This document shows positions 59,425-64,000 of a DNA stretch of 64,000 nt, one piece after another. The stretch spans positions 49,040 to 113,039 of the IMG/VR virus record IMGVR_UViG_3300033121_002354; one strand, written 5' to 3'. The stretch is from a virus (taxonomy: Duplodnaviria > Caudoviricetes). Numbering within the stretch: the first letter of the stretch is position 1; each line of letters starts with the position of its first letter. The position numbers were made by a program, and so were the translations under genes. The notes below the pieces were generated by a model. It was not told the origin of the DNA. It saw only the letters and a list, made by a program, of their open reading frames with translations, and searched no databases.

Positions 59425-60036
59425 ATGTCAAGTGATATTGAATATTTGTTGGCCACTCAATCGCTTCCTGATGATTTTGTAATTGACAACATTTATAAGA
59501 TGGAAGAACTTCTGGAAGTGATTCAAAAGTTAAATAAAAAGAATGAACGTCTTAGTGAGCTAAATCAATACCGTATGAAAGTAACCAAGGAAAAGGTTTC
59601 TGAAAACACAGAGAAGATAACCAGATTAAGAAAGATCATCTTGGAGGGAATGAAACGTTTAGCTCCTGATGAAAAGACGATTGATTTTTCACCAATCGGC
59701 AAAATCACTCGTAAGAAAAATAGGTCATCGTGGGAAGTGACGGACGATCAGGAATTAATAAAATTCTTGAAGGACAAAGGTTTGGAAGAAAGCGTAATTG
59801 TGATTAAACAAAGCCTTGACAAGAGAGAGCTTGAAAAGGTGCTGGATAAAGTTTCAAAGAGTGTAGACAGCATTCCTGGTGCATCACTGGTGCCAGGAGA
59901 AGAAGGGGTCACAATTACTTATGACAAAAACTACAAAGCCAGTGATGACGGCGATGATGATGAAATGCCTGAAAAACCAAACAAAATAGGAAAAGCAAAG
60001 GTTGACGTGGAAAATCTGGACGAATTAACCATATAA
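59425..60036 (+). CDS. Mu Gam-like host-nuclease inhibitor / Gp157-like protein
   Basis: N-terminal coiled coil then KTIDF..GKITRKK..SLDKREL..IPGASL; AGGAG SD. Confidence 0.65.
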   Translation: MSSDIEYLLATQSLPDDFVIDNIYKMEELLEVIQKLNKKNERLSELNQYRMKVTKEKVSENTEKITRLRKIILEGMKRLAPDEKTIDFSPIGKITRKKNRSSWEVTDDQELIKFLKDKGLEESVIVIKQSLDKRELEKVLDKVSKSVDSIPGASLVPGEEGVTITYDKNYKASDDGDDDEMPEKPNKIGKAKVDVENLDELTI

Positions 60037-60045
60037 GGAACGCAG

Positions 60046-60798
60046 ATGAACGCACGAGAAGAAAAAATACAGAATTGCATAAAGTATCTTACTCAACTTT
60101 ACAACCAACTTCCTCAGACTGTTGGTTGTGAAAAAGCCACTCAGCCAGGTGGTTGTGGTGCATGGTGTTGCACCAAGAACACTCCTAGCATGTTTTATAC
60201 GGAGTTTTTATATATTTGGGACCAAGTAATGAATACTTGGCATAAGGCAGAATTAAAGAAGTTAATTCTTAGGGCAATCAGAAACCATTTGTCTAATGAA
60301 GTGATTAAGGGGTGTATTTTTCATAACCCTGTTACATTGCAGTGCAATGTGCATGAACAGAGACCTTTGGCCTGTCGTCAATATGGCATAGTTCCAAAAG
60401 ACAATTGGGAAAGAAGATCAAAGTCTCTTCAGAATAGATACAAGAACGATCCAAGAAAAGATGATTTGCTTCCAATTTTAAACCAGTGCAATCTTGTTTC
60501 TACCACGGATGGCAAAAAGGAAATCACTCATAAAAATGAAAAAAGATGGTTTAAGCGGACGCAGCAAATTGAAAGTTATCTAGGAGTTAAGCAACAAGTT
60601 ATTCAAAGGCACGATCTTCCTGGTGGAAGTTATCGCACAATGCACGATCATGTTTTAATGGAATTGTTTGATATGAGCTTTTTGACGAATCTCAGTCAGA
60701 TTAAACTTGAGTGTGATTCCATTCAAAAAGTTGATGAGTTCATTAAAACGCTTGAACCAATTTTGGATGCTATATGTCAACAAAAGTTGTTAACATAG
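60046..60798 (+). CDS. YkgJ-like CxxCxxCC cysteine-cluster protein
   Basis: C..GCGAWCC, CIFH..CNVHEQRPLACRQYG. Confidence 0.8.
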   Translation: MNAREEKIQNCIKYLTQLYNQLPQTVGCEKATQPGGCGAWCCTKNTPSMFYTEFLYIWDQVMNTWHKAELKKLILRAIRNHLSNEVIKGCIFHNPVTLQCNVHEQRPLACRQYGIVPKDNWERRSKSLQNRYKNDPRKDDLLPILNQCNLVSTTDGKKEITHKNEKRWFKRTQQIESYLGVKQQVIQRHDLPGGSYRTMHDHVLMELFDMSFLTNLSQIKLECDSIQKVDEFIKTLEPILDAICQQKLLT

Positions 60799-61073
60799 AA
60801 TCTACTTCTTATGACCCTGTTAAAAGAGTCGTAAAAGTGTGTGGCACTAACGCAGAGACCAAAAAGGTAATAGAGTTTGAAATTTCTCGTGAATCTATGG
60901 GATTCAAAGAGAGTATTCCAGATGTCTATATGGTGCAGTTGGCTAAAATATTGTTGGCCAAAAAACAGATTACTTGGACCAATATAAGGCCACCACCAAT
61001 AGAAAATGTGTTATCTGATTATGAAAAGTTATCAATTAATTCAAAGTTAATGGATAAAACTAGTGAAGATTAG
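60774..61073 (+). CDS. Hypothetical protein
   Basis: 99-aa ORF in operon. Confidence 0.55.
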   Translation: MSTKVVNIESTSYDPVKRVVKVCGTNAETKKVIEFEISRESMGFKESIPDVYMVQLAKILLAKKQITWTNIRPPPIENVLSDYEKLSINSKLMDKTSED

Positions 61074-61347
61074 AATAATTGGCGTAAAAGGTTGTAGCAG
61101 ATGTAGGAGCCTTGTTAATAGTTACACGGCTCAAAAAGTAAAATTTGAATATTGGGACGCAGATGATCCATTGCACGAAAAAGCTTTAGATGAAATGAAG
61201 ATTGACACTACACCTGTTGTTCAGGTTGTTAGAGATGACGGTACAGTGGCGTTTCAGTCAGATCCAATGATATACAAAGGCGGAATTGCTTACTGTGAGT
61301 TGAGAAAAATAATGTCAAAAATCGAAAGGAATCAAGATGCTAATTGA
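61063..61347 (+). CDS. Glutaredoxin/thioredoxin-like protein
   Basis: GVKGCSRC active site and TTPVV cis-Pro motif. Confidence 0.75.
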   Translation: MKIRIIGVKGCSRCRSLVNSYTAQKVKFEYWDADDPLHEKALDEMKIDTTPVVQVVRDDGTVAFQSDPMIYKGGIAYCELRKIMSKIERNQDAN

Positions 61348-61540
61348 CAGAAATGGACAGCGTTATTTTCCGTTTATGGAAGGCTACGTGAGAAACTTTG
61401 AATACGACAATTTAGAAGAAGGTGAAGTTATGACAGAGCCACTACCAAACTATAAGCAGTTATTATTTTTCAAGGACTATTCTAATGCGTACAAACAGGA
61501 GATTTACGAAGACTGTTACTCGGGAGAGACCTGCGATTAA
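61337..61540 (+). CDS. Small hypothetical protein
   Basis: 67 aa; AAGGA SD; overlaps next ORF by 56 nt. Confidence 0.4.
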   Translation: MLIDRNGQRYFPFMEGYVRNFEYDNLEEGEVMTEPLPNYKQLLFFKDYSNAYKQEIYEDCYSGETCD

Positions 61541-61856
61541 GGTCAAGGAAGTTCCTCCAGAAGATAGAACTATTCGTGATTACGCTAAAAAGTTTATAGA
61601 AATAATGAAAACTACATCTGGCTTTGTAGATGGTGTTACTCTGGCGAAAAAGTTTGAAGAAGCTGGATGGCATTTAAAACACGATGTAATTACCCTTTGG
61701 AGGGTCTGGCGTCAAGTTGAACACGATTGCAAGTCAGAAGTTGTACAGTTTATACCTCAAAGTTGTGTACACTGGACAAGGCGACCCTCCGGCTGGAGAT
61801 TTATGGGTTGGCCAGCAGAAGATGATATGCCCCGTAAACGGAAAAAGAGATATTAA
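61485..61856 (+). CDS. Hypothetical basic protein
   Basis: 123 aa; AAGGA upstream; TAATG coupling to fcl. Confidence 0.6.
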   Translation: MRTNRRFTKTVTRERPAIKVKEVPPEDRTIRDYAKKFIEIMKTTSGFVDGVTLAKKFEEAGWHLKHDVITLWRVWRQVEHDCKSEVVQFIPQSCVHWTRRPSGWRFMGWPAEDDMPRKRKKRY

Positions 61857-62782
61857 TGCCTAAACAAAAAATTCTTATCACCGGAATAAATGGTCTACTT
61901 GGTAGTGCTTTAGTAAAGATTCCTTTTGAGAATTATGACTTGGTTTTTCTTAAAAGGACTCATGGCGATCTTACTGACAGAAATGCCGTAGAAAAAATTT
62001 ATCAGACTCATTGTCCTAATATTGTTATACATGCTGCTGCGAAGGTTGGTGGCATTAAAGCTAATTTCGATAAAAGTGCAGAATTCTTCTACGAAAACAT
62101 ACTAATGAATACTCACATGATACATTGTGCTGCCAAGTATCATGTTGATAAGTTTATAGCTTTTTCCTCTGTCTGTGCATTTGATGGTAATGAAACTCTT
62201 TACGAAGAAAGCAAGCAACAGGATGGCATACCTCATTACACTAATTTTGCTTATGCTTATGCAAAAAGAATGATAGATGTACAATTTAGGGCTTATGCCA
62301 AATCTGACACTAAATTCATTAATCTCATACTTTCCAACATGTATGGAATTAACGACAACTTTGGTGGTGACAGTCATGTTATTCCTGCACTAATTCATAA
62401 GGCGTTTCTGGCGAAAAAATACCCAAATCAAGACTTTGTTGTTTGGGGAGATGGTACGGCTAGAAGAGAGTTTGTATACTCAAAAGATGTGGCTAGAATT
62501 GTAGAGCAATTGGTTGAAAAAGATATTGATGTAAAAACAATGATTGTATCTTCTGGTAATGATATTTCCATAAAAGATATTGTTGACATTATAATTAAGC
62601 GAATGCCCTATGACAGAGACGTTAAGTATGACACTACTCAACTGGTTGGGCAAAAGGTAAGAAGATCAAATAACACTGTATTTAGAACTCATTTTCCTGA
62701 TTTCCAATTCACTTCATACGAAGATGGTTTAAACGAGACTATAGACTGGTTTAAGATTCAATATCCAGATGTAAGACTATAG
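61856..62782 (+). CDS. fcl: GDP-L-fucose synthase (extended SDR)
   Basis: ITGINGLLG, HAAAKVGGIKAN, SSVC, YAYAK, SHVIPALI, VWGDGTARREFVY. Confidence 0.9.
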   Translation: MPKQKILITGINGLLGSALVKIPFENYDLVFLKRTHGDLTDRNAVEKIYQTHCPNIVIHAAAKVGGIKANFDKSAEFFYENILMNTHMIHCAAKYHVDKFIAFSSVCAFDGNETLYEESKQQDGIPHYTNFAYAYAKRMIDVQFRAYAKSDTKFINLILSNMYGINDNFGGDSHVIPALIHKAFLAKKYPNQDFVVWGDGTARREFVYSKDVARIVEQLVEKDIDVKTMIVSSGNDISIKDIVDIIIKRMPYDRDVKYDTTQLVGQKVRRSNNTVFRTHFPDFQFTSYEDGLNETIDWFKIQYPDVRL

Positions 62783-62799
62783 ATGCAAGTATTTTTGAA

Positions 62800-62832
62800 T
62801 GAACTACCGCAGGGCTGAAGACCCTGCGGTTT
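62800..62832 (-). repeat. IS200/IS605 right-end hairpin and cleavage tetranucleotide
   Basis: Minus strand AAACCGCAGGG-TCTTCAG-CCCTGCGGT-AG-TTCA, overlapping the tnpB stop codon. Confidence 0.8.
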
Positions 62833-64000
62833 CGTGATTCATAGACTCCAGATTACTAATGGACGCCTCCTCACGTTTTTGTTTTGATTCCGACTGCGAT
62901 CCGCATCCAGAATATATTACTAATCCTTGCTCTAATATGTTTAACGCAGCATTAACATCACGATCCAACTCCTCCGAACACTTCGGACAAACCCATGTCC
63001 GATCAGACAAAGTTAAATCACTGTTAATGAACTTACAGTTATTACAAGTCTTCGAAGAAGGAAAGAACCTGTCAATCTGGACAAAAGTCCTTCCATTCCA
63101 CTCTGACTTGTATTGCAGTTGGCGAACAAACTCGCTCCAAGATACATCTGCAATAGCTTTCGCCAACTTGTGGTTCTTCATCATATTAGCTACAGCCAAA
63201 CTTTCCATGCATATCGTTTGGTTTTCACGAACTATGCTGGATGAAATCTGGTGTAAATGATTATGACGAATATTGTAGATCATTTCATGAATCTTGGCAA
63301 CCCTGACTCGTTGCTTCCACCTATTATTAGAGCCTTTGGCTTTCTTAGCCAACTGACGTTGCTCATACGCCAATTGTTTTTCGTATTTACGAGTAGTTTT
63401 GATATTAGGATAGACAGTGCCATCAGAACAAATGGCTAAATCCTTAACTCCTAAGTCAACACCGACCTGTTTATCAGTTTTGGCATATGGAGTATGTTCT
63501 GTTTCAACAGTGATGGCAACAAAATATTTACCAGATGGTTTTCTGGAAATTGTAGCGAACAGGATTTTTCCAGTTAATGGACGATCTTCTTTGACCTTTA
63601 TAGGTTCTTTGAACTTAGGAAGAAACAGTTTACCTTGTTCATATTTAACGAATTGTGGAGCCCTGAAAGATTGTTTGTTTTTTCTGGACTTAAATCGTGG
63701 GAACTTAGCTTGCTTATGAAAGAACTTATTGTATGCTACATCTAAGTCCCTTAGAGCTGCTTGAAGAGTTTGAGAATTAATCTCTTTCATCCAAGCATAT
63801 TGTTCTTCTTTTTTAAGGTCTGTGAGGGACTTTGCGTTGTCGTAATAGTTAAGAGTTTTCTTACTTTCGAGGTATAATGTTTTACGTTCGTCAAGGAAGT
63901 GATTGAATACAAATCGCTTCGCTCCGAAGTGTTTAGCAAGCAGTATTGCTTGTTCTTCGGTTGGATATATGCGGTATTTAAATGCTTTCGTGACGATCAT
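62804..64000 (-). CDS. tnpB: RNA-guided endonuclease TnpB
   Basis: KAFKYRIYPT HTH; RuvC-I VGVDLG, RuvC-II ICMESL, zinc ribbon CNNC..CPKC, RuvC-III DRDVNAA all intact. Confidence 0.95.
   Translation of the reverse strand: MIVTKAFKYRIYPTEEQAILLAKHFGAKRFVFNHFLDERKTLYLESKKTLNYYDNAKSLTDLKKEEQYAWMKEINSQTLQAALRDLDVAYNKFFHKQAKFPRFKSRKNKQSFRAPQFVKYEQGKLFLPKFKEPIKVKEDRPLTGKILFATISRKPSGKYFVAITVETEHTPYAKTDKQVGVDLGVKDLAICSDGTVYPNIKTTRKYEKQLAYEQRQLAKKAKGSNNRWKQRVRVAKIHEMIYNIRHNHLHQISSSIVRENQTICMESLAVANMMKNHKLAKAIADVSWSEFVRQLQYKSEWNGRTFVQIDRFFPSSKTCNNCKFINSDLTLSDRTWVCPKCSEELDRDVNAALNILEQGLVIYSGCGSQSESKQKREEASISNLESMNHETAGSSALR

Larger units (their letters stand above)
62800..64000 (-). mobile_element. IS200/IS605-family element (tnpB-bearing); left end lies outside the window
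   Basis: tnpB plus right-end palindrome ending TTCA; opposite strand and different composition from flanking genes. Confidence 0.85.

Noticed and set aside
1295-61870. General stop-hopping at every TAATG junction
   Set aside because: Most junctions (1301, 43277, 45262, 47086, 47517, 57756, 61856) lack an immediately matching codon and any hairpin; ordinary translational coupling explains them
62859-63719. Plus-strand ORFs opposite tnpB (possible tnpA)
   Set aside because: No HUH/Y1 or serine-recombinase motifs; antisense shadows

Overview
This AT-rich, gene-dense window runs almost entirely on the + strand and reads as part of a large (jumbo-type) dsDNA bacteriophage genome. No rRNA, tRNA or CRISPR array was found. 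1-26 kb is a run of very large virion-type proteins (LamG, FN3/Ig, beta-propeller, Kelch, vWA), several with domains apparently split across adjacent ORFs. 26-30 kb holds a free-standing LAGLIDADG endonuclease and three glycosyltransferase genes. 30-62 kb is a replication/recombination region: intein-containing SF2 helicase, two DNA methyltransferases, RNase HI, AAA+ ATPase, DnaC-like loader, DnaB, split primase, family-4 UDG, split DnaE, SSB, RecA, Cas4-like nuclease, sigma-like factor, SpoVS, Gam-like protein, a histone-fold-like protein and GDP-fucose synthase. The window ends in an IS200/IS605-family tnpB with its right-end hairpin. Top finding: dnaE is interrupted inside its PHP metal-binding motif by a 44-nt hairpin insert. 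The insert starts with a stop codon and is bracketed by matched GTT codons, directly downstream of a free-standing endonuclease gene. This is the layout of a programmed ribosomal-bypass plus homing-endonuclease cassette like T4 mobA/gene 60. Other highlights are an intein carrying a LAGLIDADG domain in an alternative frame and a ~500-nt densely structured non-coding region upstream of RNase H. All product calls come from motif recognition by eye; no searches were run.
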